This document shows positions 19,801 through 27,500 of a stretch of DNA of 64,000 bases, piece by piece; position 1 is the first letter of the stretch; each line of letters opens with the position of its first letter. This DNA is from Lentisphaerae bacterium GWF2_50_93. Its GTDB lineage: Bacteria > Verrucomicrobiota > Lentisphaeria > Victivallales > GWF2-50-93. The stretch lies in assembly GCA_001804815.1 (NCBI GenBank), contig MHBI01000088.1:12224-76223 (forward strand), given 5' to 3'. Made by a program: the position numbers and the translations under genes. Below the pieces are notes generated by a model. It was not told where the DNA came from, ran no database searches, and worked only from the letters and a program-made list of their open reading frames with translations.

Positions 19801-21339
19801 AACACCGGCACGATAACTGCAAACACTGTCTCCCTTGTCGATGGGACCCTGACAAACAAGTCCGCCCTGAATGCTGGATCCATCACATTCACAGGCACTG
19901 GAAACCTGATCAACTCCAAGACGATTGGAGGTGCAAACATTGACGTCACACTTGCCGGTGGCAGTCTTACGAACACAGGCACAATGACGACTGTTGATGT
20001 TCTCTCCTTCAATGGCTTCAACACAGCACTTGCCGCTAATTCCATAATTGGTGACTTGAACAACAATTTAGGCACATTGACGGCAAGCACGGTCAATCTC
20101 ACCAACGGGACGATAACCAACAAGGCCGTTCTTAACGCAAACACGATAACGATAGGCGGAACTGGAAGCCTGCTGACGTCCAAGACCTTGAAAGCCGACG
20201 GAATCACCCTCAACGGTGGAAATCTGGTCAACTCCCTCACAGGCACGATCGCTGACAGGGGCGGAGTTTCAACCATCACTCTTGTAGGCGGTACGCTGAC
20301 GAATTCATCGACGGCTGCAAATGCATTGGTCATTGACAACCTAACCCTTAACGGAGCCGATCTCAGCAGCTCCAAGTTCCTCAACGTAATTAATACCATG
20401 ACGCTGTCTGGCCCAGGCACAAGGAACATCAGCATCGCCGGTACTGCCACGACCGCCAATATATCCCTGCAGAGCAACACGATAATGACCCAGGGCAAGC
20501 TGACGACGACAGACTTCGCATTCGGTGCCGGAACCTACTTCCAGATGAACAATTCGACCACCGGTACATCTCTTGAAGTCATCGGAACCCTTACAGGATG
20601 TGACCTCACCCACTACTTCGTCACTGGCGGCTCCAGCAAGGTATTTGTGACGGCTTCCGCCCTTACAAACAGCGTATTCCTGACAGACAGTACGTCCAAC
20701 CTGGTCATGGAAGTCGATGTGACAGGCTCCAGCAACAAGCTCGTTGGAATCAGTACATTCACACCAGTCACTGTAAACGGACTGTACAATGGAATTCCAG
20801 TAGGCTCCAGCACGCTTGCAAGCGTAGTCAACAGGGCGTGGACCATCACCAGGACAGCCGGTGACGCTTCTGCACTGACCGTGAAATTCTTCTGGGATAC
20901 GGCAACCGAACAGGGCAGCAGGCTTACCGATCTGAACACCAAGCTGTTCTTCTCCAGCGGTACAAGCTGGGGCACAAGCTGCGGAAAGGGTGGGGCTCCA
21001 GGACCTGACACTAATCCGCTCAACACATATGGCACATATGAGACAGACGCCCTTATCAATGGCGGTTCATACTCGGTTTCAATGAATCCGATAGTCGCTA
21101 TGAACGACAATTCGTTCAGAATGCAGCATATTGACGACGACCTTGAAGAGCAGTTCATTGATGCAATAATGAGCGGCAGGGAAGAAGTTGCCGAACAGCA
21201 GATGGTAGCCGAAGTACAGGAAAGAGCTGCCGTGGACAGCATGTTCGCCAGCATGGCCGACCGTGGCCGCCTGATGGAACGCAACAGCCTCTTCAAGAGC
21301 GAAATCGACCTTGGACTCGAAGCCCTGTTGGCAGTGTAA
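7828..21339 (+). CDS. Giant 4503-aa repeat protein: N-terminal LEERILFDGAA motif, two DUF4347-like domains, long PMP-like right-handed beta-helix repeats
   Basis: ATG at 7828 after AGGGGTG. The N-terminus is MYQLEERILFDGAAVADV followed by a Q/P-rich linker. Two modules end in the DUF4347-type signature: HQVAASTDVTGDADAGGNWELEY (to about nt 8559) and GADVAASTDITGLAGNWDLEY (to about nt 9072). Dozens of GGGIY/GGGLY/GGAIY + N-x-A beta-helix turns follow. There is no Sec signal peptide. Confidence 0.9.
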   Translation: MYQLEERILFDGAAVADVAAAQQEQQAQDAQSQTQADPSQPSDQNQPQNTQDPSPILNPDSAPAVQNTDIAADATPVAAAIDPSASAAQSADPQVNVLVVSDSLENADTLFQSANSSTIVVKYDPKTTTSTELLQQITDALNGEEADSIGFVTDKAHDGAIELFADSDTSAQSLSSEAQQNFWNGVEGLLGENGKVNIFASDLASTENGRHLVDSLSQITNHQVAASTDVTGDADAGGNWELEYVAKGTGSVDLIDQYFDREAMQSFDHRIENPTEIAFIDSSVRSIDTIVSQLDSDVEIVYLSRDNAFNDITSYLEGRTDVDSISLISDADYTTGGFFLGNDVVNADFLATHQAELAAWGKSMSADGDIMIYGCNVAKDQVGKDLISQIATVTGADVAASTDITGLAGNWDLEYNVGQIQAQNFVINNYYHNLNTLTVRRLDDYNVTNPFEVTESNLTLREAVLIAADGDNIVFADYTVLHNANSSTPDTPIAAWRDGHVFLSSAIYHIHADGTVDYSLVATLTIKTNITIDGTILTPAWDDPVSKTHHNAVNNGVILNAASVTGLAPGVDPAPGIAGATFRNVVIDSQMNPDLTGVTLQHMYLYNGATSAGDSAIAAGNGGGLYITNNSSVLMSSVDVSGCRADYGGGIYNAGILKTEFVGGPGAMDIYGNNSNYSGGGVYNAGSGTITTLTWVYNNVAGEHGGGIYNAGDITVSGMDTTSLGQVKVYNNTALAGDGGGIYSSNGNITMSFVSVGDQLLGGNSAINGGGIYIFSNYQQATPMHFTFVNLYNNVASGNGGGLFLTNGNSTSTANVFEYEWSHVEGNSAAAGNGGGIYLFNNAGNILIATVITPYTEYNTQSSINANGAANGAGVYIQNCANVTIDFLNMSGNIATANGGAIMVKDSGTITLTDMEIASNSADLGGGIYYTNTTSGSLNVQRSNISNNDATTAGGGIYQANGILFIENDTLSFNGSATCLGGAIYMDYGNLNINFATLAYNSGIGAAIYIDGDAAAANKSVLTVKNSIIYNRDASTAAETFTSQIRLPAAAEITSTFSLTSNIYSHYGEDLLQNPLELPNRGYSLNLGDVSANKLIGGIKGSAESEYIESNIYLDDTLMYAANYRTMCLAVLSQDSIAYLTGSAGITYDQRGNVRGSTWTWDATKQTWTKVSGKYAIGAFEPLFHVEVDSKGDDSMLWFTGDENAHFFNSASGGTGLTLREAAYWIDTRATLKTYTDPVTLLNPLTGLYDSRYIGFDKTVFASTNSNNNIQLNYGQIEIGGRWSGTLWDSSGSKRDIAIGYLIRDVDQSGNLTAHDDTLRAKDDASRITVLAGNSGGGVNRLFMNTAGSALSVNNLTLSGGVGTQDGTQFSLDGFGGGIRNDAVLYLTNVVIQNCSTSGSGNVETASGGGLGGGLYNSSTGNAYVYDSSFLNNTVTCIRDNAKISVVSSGYGGGIANWGTIIIDRSQISGNLATGVTDIGDAMLGGGIFNIANMTITRSEITQNTVSGFTIDNGGVKGAGIANYGNLKIANSTIAENTLNTLSVAINRSVDEVTKLPLYSWGSYGSGIFNYGTSLISYYNTIMNNQTLVNDASFWNASTQKGNNLSSLAALYNADGSPLQLSNSILTGNKVVLSLNSPEVQQRADIYVRTFGDVVVDGAGDSDGCHNVIGAFNGPALESEYYYLPIDTPALPTINTPVYYELTYNGTTQVWTPVYEYVAILDASKPTVATGFDWSDVALNNTVGFYSLIAPSAQVDYLSINITTPTNIPTSLMQNPYVLAHALTTPFIYVEELDNGGVATGKWFRVNADGTFSYINTLNRASDPANLYEGLYLADKTTPYAFTTANTVYSVDVYTATQPGATTLIDSDPAHPYPGGTVPDTNNPRYGLVDNLNMEYTLAYNGGMTRSYRVLAGSVAMDTALNHGIIVANTFGFNDATYYTDQRGASRTNIDGDPTNIGAFDSLVAELVVGSTYDSATPRTGFDYTTYTPLWLSDTLTLREAVSLADDGSDITFKDTWQKNGTKYIADPAAPTVTTTVVNELDANGNLIINLVGGELYINRAIVGIDGVFSWNEVNAAGVITATHTGSIAQLKAGTNSRIFDIVTPSTSFDYSDIRISNMSMSGGNVTGNGGGIFSASNLTLNNVTIQNCTATAGASGTDGLGGAIFSDSGYLILTNSIISGNTASMGGGLYVSGRNAGSGYVLDVSGTSITGNTANNATNGRGGGVFLLSGDARFQFSTIGGNKAVSDGGGIFVNTTNVFDMSNSTVANNTAGRNGGGISFLADGTLNLDYTTIANNQSGWTIAGAASGNAFAFGGGIYMNSGTLNLTNSILAQNFCGKFNNATALSQSGSIESPAVALSSANQALGIHDDLSSNGINNLTTTVYGATAGTLNLIGGNKQVQAADWASFATTKLHDKLTDNGGRTKTVYVFNSAYFNIVGAAGGLDQTHLETFTARSTMGAYENSVSKVLYYVSGVIGAGSDSGSTWVSQNVPGTTLTEADGILNANNTIFVFDDGHYSMDTGAVSNLAGYAAGTTTIAVNGFAGAIAVGSYFTIAGDPNVHQVLSTVGGSTPTSITFSNALANAVVNTAVITFLNPALDHNWTVNGPDWTGKYTSHIALINDAHLVIAAHATGTTTPLALNGKIVVNDDDPSITPYLTETSTLEFQTTNLDSVKLSVAHTATSSTTVIYSSTASTQKVLAVDCVTGGAMEYDNLTLLGKTGTTLSTKTAYGPMNINEDLSVGNGTDNVKLNVLNVNGSGNADLQILRNPLDNARANAIHNFGEIVAGNINISNVTSGVTVDGGGSIKATQFMDLTNVIINTQKAITVSGGDLTMTNVSLIGPAGIMTASVSGDVYMNGLAMNLTNVTMTMGTGKKAYMGNAVLSTVNLHGNVTIGGTANSLVLGNASIMVDGLSNVINSKGGMDVSTLAWTAGRTIQVIDGVNGALKIDIGAQNLNITPAATNSTATLLNFGLDRLVINASNKFEIVTTGSVTSGAAAAAPGAINGTLGLSGKINLDNTFVDVVKPAATLELGGTILVQTNNLSTANSLVLSGLITVDKILVPGAITISSTSGSLTLANVGSFTGNKQDLTLNAATSVTLGTITSVKTLTVNAGTDIQLSKAITVGGDLNLSATGSILGAFKTISATGNILFTGDITLQDVTVTAGTGKFITINDNLTLDGNATVGSATSTIRLGNTIITAHSTNNTIYSKILDVSFTPWVGSINVDDSLGASSLKINISTQALKLTANTTNSTATLLNLGVDRLTVDANSTLEIATTNAAPITAASGAAASIAGTLVLTGKAIVDNNFTLTLNNSGILKFNGEVTIKKDAIGTNATISMPNSIVFVGNVKVDTGVTGAVFITSTNGDVSIGSDVATVAKYTGNNKDLTLTSTLGDVTVGNITMVRNLLVDAGIDINLCNSITVAGNVEFITANPNGVQVGKAYTTTARTVLAPIKITAGLAGTIGNVNNTGFEAAGGDGSELQLTAGSLVANSSNIGDVSLNRSLTLLKGNFASGDITLTANAANLITKAALNVTGDIDIQGNGKLENSVVLTVSGDIQLAGGASTSIINNLATGTINTATIHLLDTTFAGTLNNVGGFNVVGAINNPGGYAIGTTTINVNGFNGAIAVGSYITIAGDANTHKVISTVGGATPTSITFSTPLVSAIGDLTVVTRVVNTGVTSISVTGFTGPISVGSFVTIAGDATNHRVMSVVGGATPTSITISEGLKAPVAVDAAITVHAPASITNLGTINATGAVSLVGGKLTNSKTFAAASIANTFVGDLANSNYGNLTNSGIVAGGMTVTGNIDLISTGGLTNTGIISAADYNLEKGNLSNSKTFTSTGSITFADSGSLTNAGAMTVANDVTLVLKGALNNNTGSMTVGGDINMMDGTLTNKAGMTVSGAAGIQFTGKGSLINSSTLKTDVISMNDLDIVAPKTGNFTNSGTVLSKAGLGGVTDISLLNAGVLTNTGINMNVDSITLTGTAALNNNTGTITANTVSLVDGTLTNKSALNAGSITFTGTGNLINSKTIGGANIDVTLAGGSLTNTGTMTTVDVLSFNGFNTALAANSIIGDLNNNLGTLTASTVNLTNGTITNKAVLNANTITIGGTGSLLTSKTLKADGITLNGGNLVNSLTGTIADRGGVSTITLVGGTLTNSSTAANALVIDNLTLNGADLSSSKFLNVINTMTLSGPGTRNISIAGTATTANISLQSNTIMTQGKLTTTDFAFGAGTYFQMNNSTTGTSLEVIGTLTGCDLTHYFVTGGSSKVFVTASALTNSVFLTDSTSNLVMEVDVTGSSNKLVGISTFTPVTVNGLYNGIPVGSSTLASVVNRAWTITRTAGDASALTVKFFWDTATEQGSRLTDLNTKLFFSSGTSWGTSCGKGGAPGPDTNPLNTYGTYETDALINGGSYSVSMNPIVAMNDNSFRMQHIDDDLEEQFIDAIMSGREEVAEQQMVAEVQERAAVDSMFASMADRGRLMERNSLFKSEIDLGLEALLAV

Positions 21340-21382
21340 AGGTAGGGATGGCTCTCCGAGCCGTCCGTCTTAAAAGTGATTC

Positions 21383-21416
21383 AAAACGGGGCTGTCTTCG
21401 GACAGCCCCGTTTTTT
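21383..21416 (+). terminator. Rho-independent terminator after the giant gene
   Basis: aaaacggggctgtc-ttcg-gacagccccgtttttt: a GC-rich 10-14 bp stem, a UUCG loop and a T6 tract, 44 nt after the stop. Confidence 0.85.
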
Positions 21417-21419
21417 ATA

Positions 21420-21519
21420 AGTAGGTACTGGCTTTAGCCTGTACCATGAATTTATAGAATGGTACATCCTTCCGCCTTCGCAGGGATGCTACGGCGGACA
21501 CAGAAAGGACGTACCTACT
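21420..21519. repeat. MITE-like element (AGTAGGTAC..GCTT.AGCCTGTACCAT termini), short copy
   Basis: The left end agtaggtactggctttagcctgtaccatgaa and right end ggacgtacctact are related to the termini of 28514-28658. Confidence 0.7.
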
Positions 21520-21540
21520 CAAGGGTGGGGTTTTCCCTAA

Positions 21541-21569
21541 TTGAATTTTCTATGATTTACATGTACAAT
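21541..21569 (+). promoter_or_regulatory. Candidate sigma70-type promoter for the M6 protease gene
   Basis: TTGAAT (21541-46), a 17-nt spacer, then TACAAT (21564-69). The predicted start near 21576 leaves GGAGGA (21579-84) in the leader, 7 nt before the ATG at 21592. Confidence 0.55.
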
Positions 21570-21591
21570 TCCGATAATGGAGGACTTTGAT

Positions 21592-24500
21592 ATGAAGAAC
21601 CTGAATTTCCAGGGGAAATATCTTCTGATATTCCTGCTTGCCCTTTTCTTTATTCCCGCCTATTCCCTCTTCGCAGTTCCTGCGAATCCCAAAGCGTTTG
21701 AAATTGCTCAGCCTGACGGTAAAAAGATAACAGTCAGATCGAAAGGCGACGAGCACTTTTCCTGGCAGGAGGACGCCAATGGATATGTCATAAAGAAGGA
21801 TAAGGCCGATGGATTCTGGAAATATGCTGTTCCCAGGAAGGATGAAGCCACTTTTGAAGTGCTTCCTGATAGCAAGGTTGGGCATGTCAATCCAAAAGCG
21901 AAAGGATTGAAGAAAAGTGATCTGCCGGGAAAAAAGCTCATTCAGGACAAGATAAACTCCAGAAAAAATAATACTGTAAACGAAGTCGCGCCATTGCCAG
22001 CCCCTGCTCCAGCAAACAATATTCAAGTGGCACCCCTCCAACAGTCTAGTTCCTCTCCCCAGCCTCCAATCCAAAAAATTCCAATTTCCGGAACGACTAC
22101 CGTCAGAAACATCGTGATCCTCGCATGTTTTGCAGACCAGTGGGATCCTGCCGCCAATGGCGGACTCGGAGCTGTCAAGTCAACAGCTTTAAACGCTTAT
22201 GGACGTCCTTCTGCTGAATATATAAACCTTTTCAACCAAGCTGGTTATAATGCCGATGGCGCCGTGGGATCAGTCAAAGACTACTACAGCGAAGTTTCCT
22301 ACGGCAAGGTTACCATGGAGAGCGTTATAGTTCCCTGGGTGAAGCTGCCACAGAATCAGGCATATTACGGTGGAAATGATTATTGGGGAAATGATGCCGA
22401 ACCCAGACAGATGGTAATCGATGCCATTAACGCCGCCAAAGCCGCAGGGTTTGATTTTTCCCAGGGAGATAAAGATGGAGACGGCTGGGTTGACTGTCTG
22501 ACTATCATCCATTCAGGGTATGGAGAGGAATGGGGTGGTCAGGACGACTGCATCTGGTCGCATAAATGGAGCCTGGCTGCTCCAGTCATTAAAGACAGCG
22601 TCAAGATGTATACATATCATACTGAACCAGCCAGCAGAGGCTACGAAAGCGACCGTTTCGGGGAAATGACAACAATCGGCGTAATCTGCCATGAACTTGG
22701 CCATTTCTTCGGTCTTCCGGATCTTTATGACTACAGCAGTACATTTGGCGGACTTGGCGAGTGGTGCTTAATGTCAAATGGCAGCTGGAACGGTGCCGAA
22801 GGGGAACGTCCGGCTCATTTCAGCGCCTGGTGCAAGGTTGCCCTTGGATTTGTAAATCCTAAAATAGTACACGACAGCTCCACCCCAATTTCCATAGGAC
22901 AAGTATTCGACAATCAGGATATCCACATGCTCCGCGACGGATGTGCAATCGGGGAATATTTCCTGATTGAAAACCGCCAGCAGACAGGTTTCGACAGCGC
23001 CATCCCTGGGGATGGAATCCTCATATACCATGTTGACAGCAACAGCTCGAACAATGATCTGGGCAACTGGCCACATCCGGTTGTGAAAATAGAAGAGGCC
23101 GATGGCAACAACACTCTTGGAAGCAGTGGTGCGGGACAGGCCTCGGATGCCTGGACAAATGCCAGTGCACTCGGAGATTTCAAGGATTGGACTGGCTCCG
23201 TTTCCAGCAATTCCATGAAGTATCAGGCTGCAGATTATTTTTTAAGGAGCAACATCCCATCCTATTATACCTATAACACTTTAAGCAATTTTTCCTTTTC
23301 CGCACCAACGATGACATATGAGATCTCCACCGTTGTCCCTACGCTTGACGACATGGCCGACAATACTACCGGCAGCTATACAGTCAGCTGGTCGCCTTCG
23401 CAAAACGCAGACGATTACGAGATCCAGGAAGGGTTAGGAGGCCAGACTTCTTTCTTTGACGGCGCCCAGGACGTGGACGCCATGTGGGAAAACTGGTCAA
23501 TCGGCGGGCAGGTATTGATCGGCAGTACAGGCAGGAGCAGCTCTTCCAGCTATTACTTCACCAGCTACGATGGAACCAAATGGTATTCGTCGGTGTCATC
23601 TATGACAATGAGGGATTCCTTCAAGCTTACCAGCAACATCAACCTCAGCTACTATTTCATGTGTGACTCCGAATCAAGCAATGGCTATCTGAAGTTGCAG
23701 GCTTCCAGTGACGATGGCGTAACATGGAAGACTCTCTGGACCCATATCGGCGGTCTTGTTTCATCCTGGCAGGCGGTTGTCAAAAACACCGCAAGTTTCA
23801 CCAGCCTTGGTTTTGTTCTTGACGATGCGATAAAAATCCGTTTTGTGATGGACGTGGAAAATCCGGCTGGTTCGAACGGATTCCCCGCTTTTGGCTGGGC
23901 AGTGGATGATATTTCAATCACAAACACCCTGTGCAACAGCTTCAACGGCTCAACCATTGGCACAACCGGCGGAGCTACAAGCTATAATATCTCCGGGAAA
24001 ACATCTGGATCATACCAGTACAGGGTAAGGGCGCATGCGAACACATTCTGGCAGAAATGGTCCTCTCCAAAAACCGTAAACGTAAATATTCCCGGACCCA
24101 GGATCGCCCTGGAGGGAAACAGCGTACCCATAAAAAATGGAGACATCACACCATCCGCGTCCGATGATACTGACTTTGGCAGCGTGACATTTGGAACTTC
24201 CCGCACGCGCACATTCACAATTTACAATAACGGCACTCTTGATCTGAATCTTACCGGCACTTCAAAAGTTGATATTTCAGGAACAAACGCCTCCCAGTTT
24301 GTAGTTACCAGCCCCCCTCCTTCACCAATAGCTGCGCTAGACGGCAAGACCTTCCAGATAACATTCACGCCGGCTGACTCTGGAACAAAAACTGCAACTG
24401 TAAGTATAATAAGCGATGATCCAACAAAACCTAATTTCTATTTCTCTATTAAGGGTTCTGGAAATTCACCCGGAGTCTTCCAGCTCACCGCAGCTTCTCC

Positions 24501-27500
24501 CTCGTGCTACGAATATTCCGGTCTGCAGAGAATCACTGTTAGGCGTGACATTGGAAAAGACGGTTCAGCGAGCGTAGATGTCTATATCACCGACATCACA
24601 GCAACACATGCAGCCGATTACACTGTCAGCGCCGGTGCTGGACTTGTCACCTATGACGCCGTCAACAGCAGATACAAGGTAACTCTTTCATGGGCCGATC
24701 AAGTATCAACTTCAAAGTATTTCGATATTAATGTCGTTGAGGATGATCTCATCGAAGGAGACGAAACAGCGAGCATCACTTTGAATAATCCCGTCGGAGC
24801 AGCCCTTGGCGCCCAGAGCTCCGCGGAATTCACGATTATCGACAATGACTATCTGCTTGAAATTCATCCGCTGGTTGCTGAAGGCGGCAATGGGGTTGCA
24901 AGCGCTGTGCCCGTTTCCTCTTCCTCCGATACAACGACCGCCGATATTTCAGCTGTACCAGACGCCAATTACCATTTCGTGAACTGGACAGCGGTAGGAC
25001 CTGTCACTTTCACCAATGCGAATTCCGCAAATACAAAAATAGCCTACAAAGGCAGCTCTATCGTCACTGCGAACTTCGCACATGATTCGGTCGCACTCAC
25101 CATGGCAGTTGCCGGTGAAGGAGCAGCGACGGCGACTCCAGTTTCGGGACCTGCGATTGTCGCACCTGCATCTGGAAATACTGATAATGTGACCGCGATT
25201 TCGCTCGAAGCCATTCCCGACGGAGGAAGCAGCTTCGCCGGATGGTCGGTAATTGGAAACGCAACAATCGATGACACCGAGGATCCCACTACCAACCTGA
25301 CCCTCACAGGCGAAGACGGCTCCGCAGTCACTGTCACGGCAAATTTCATCGTAGGATCGGCAACTGTCCTCCCTCTCGTCGCTGGCGAAGCCACGGAGCC
25401 CGGGATAACCGACAGCACGGTCGGTGGCATTAAGATTTACAAGGTCACAGTTGATCCCGGCAACTCCCTTCTTGAAGTTACGACATCAGGAAATGGAGAT
25501 TGTGATCTGTATGTGCGTTATGCGGCAGCCCCTACCCTTTCAACGTATGACAAGCGTTCAACGGGAGTCGGAGCTTCGGAAAAGGTCAGGATTGAGGATC
25601 CGACCCCTGGCACCTGGTACATAATGCTACATGCATATGCCGCATATGACACTGTAAGCCTCGATGTGAAAGTCGGAGACTTTGCTATTGGACAGCCGGG
25701 GCCTATTACAGTTACGCCGTCGACTGCCAAGGTCCAGCTCGATTGGCCGGCTGTTGCAGCAGGTTCGCCCACCGCGTATGAAATCTACAGGGCGGAACTG
25801 GATGAAATAGAGGTTGCCACAAAGATCGCAGAGGTCGATGCGGCTGATCCGCTGACATATGACGATGTGTTCACCGCTGCGACACCCAATTATGATTATT
25901 ATTACTGGGTGAGGGCTGTAACAGCCACCGATGAAGGAAAATTCAGCGAATCGGCGCATGCGACTTTGACAGATGGATTGTTCACTCTGTTAGTAAGTGG
26001 AACGGAGAAAAAACTTATTTCCGGCGCTGCTGGTTCCATACAGATCTTCAAGATAAAGGTTCCTGCCGCCCAGACTCTCCTCGAGATAAAGATAAAAGGG
26101 TTAGTCGGCGACTGCGATTTCGATGTCGTTGCTCCTAACGGCGACACCGTGAAACGCGGGGTAAAAGGGAGCAGCAACGAACTTGTGCAGATAACCGGCA
26201 ATCCTCTTGCCACCGACTTCTGGACTATCCATCTCTACGGTAAAACTGCCTATTCCGGCCTGGGCCTGATGGCGAAATACAGCAAGCTGATCGCGGTGCC
26301 TGCAGCGCCAGTGGTCTCCGCAAGCGACGGGATGTTCGATGACAGGATACTCCTGAACTGGAAGACCGTGCCAGGAGCGACAAGATATGAAGTCTTCAGG
26401 AACAAGACAAAGCTCCCGCCAGATCCCATCAACGATAAGATCGCGGAAGTCGCCGATATAACATACGAAGACAACTCAAAGGAAGTGATCGTAGACGATA
26501 TTCCTGGAACTTTGTTCTATTATTTTGTCACCGCTAAAAATACTGTAGGCACCAGCAAACCCAGCGCCAGCAATTCCGGATTCATCATGAAGGCACCGCT
26601 TCTTACTCCCGCAGCGCCATTGGCTTCGGACGGCATTTACTTTGACAGGATCAACGTCAAATGGACAAAGGTGATTGGGGCGACATCATACCAGGTTTAC
26701 CGTACTGAAACCCTTACCGCACCTCTTATTGGCGTAGATACACCGGCTGGCGAAACAACAGCCCTGTTCCTTGACGATTTCGCAAAGGACTTCGTCCCGC
26801 AGGCTGGCGGGGTTCTGAACGTGAATAATTACTATTACTGGATAGCCGCGAAGAACCAGAATGGGACAAGCCCCATAAGCAAGGTAAATTCCGGATTCCT
26901 TTCCAAGAAGGGTCCCGCCACGATAACCGCCAGCAACGGCACATATTCAGACAGGGTTGTAGTGACCTGGGCGGCAGTGCCTGGAGCAACTGCCTATGAC
27001 GTGTACCGCTGCACCGACATCAAGTTCATTCTGGGACCGTCAACGGTCGGCAACGCAGTCGAGGGCTTGGAATTCGAGGATGTGCCGCCTGTCTCGGACA
27101 CCGTCTACTACTACAAAGTGAAGGCGAAGTACAACGCCAAATACGACAGCAACTTCTGTCTGGGCACCGCGATTGGCAAGATGACGACAGGCGCATCCAG
27201 CCCTACGGTGGAACTGGCGCTGGACAACAATACCGATTCCGGCAGCATTACCGACAAACTCAAGGGCAGTTCGCTTTACTACTCGGTCGACGTTCCTTAC
27301 GGAACCACAAGGATTGTTGCCACGCTCAGCGGAACTCCACCGCCTGTCGGAACCACCAACGACTGTGATCTGTTTGCGAAGTTCGCAAACTTTCCGACAA
27401 AGGCGTCCTACAGCGCAAAAGGCATTGAAAATCTCGTGGCCAAAACTGAAATCCTAACAGTGAGCAATCCTGCCGCAGGCACCTGGTATTTCCTGCTATA

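Noticed and set aside
16392-21296. Long antisense ORFs inside the giant gene: 16392-17453 (353 aa), 17454-18125 (223 aa), 19308-20498 (396 aa) and 20613-21296 (227 aa), all on the minus strand
   Set aside because: They lie entirely within a much longer, domain-rich plus-strand ORF. Their translations are low-complexity (P/V/S/T/L-rich) mirror images of the T/N/G-rich repeats. They have no RBS or domain signatures. They are an artefact of the stop-codon-poor repeat sequence.
21577-21591. Upstream ATG at 21577 as the M6 protease start (MEDFDM...)
   Set aside because: The predicted promoter would start transcription at about 21576. The codons at 21579-84 form the GGAGGA SD for the ATG at 21592, which begins a canonical signal peptide.
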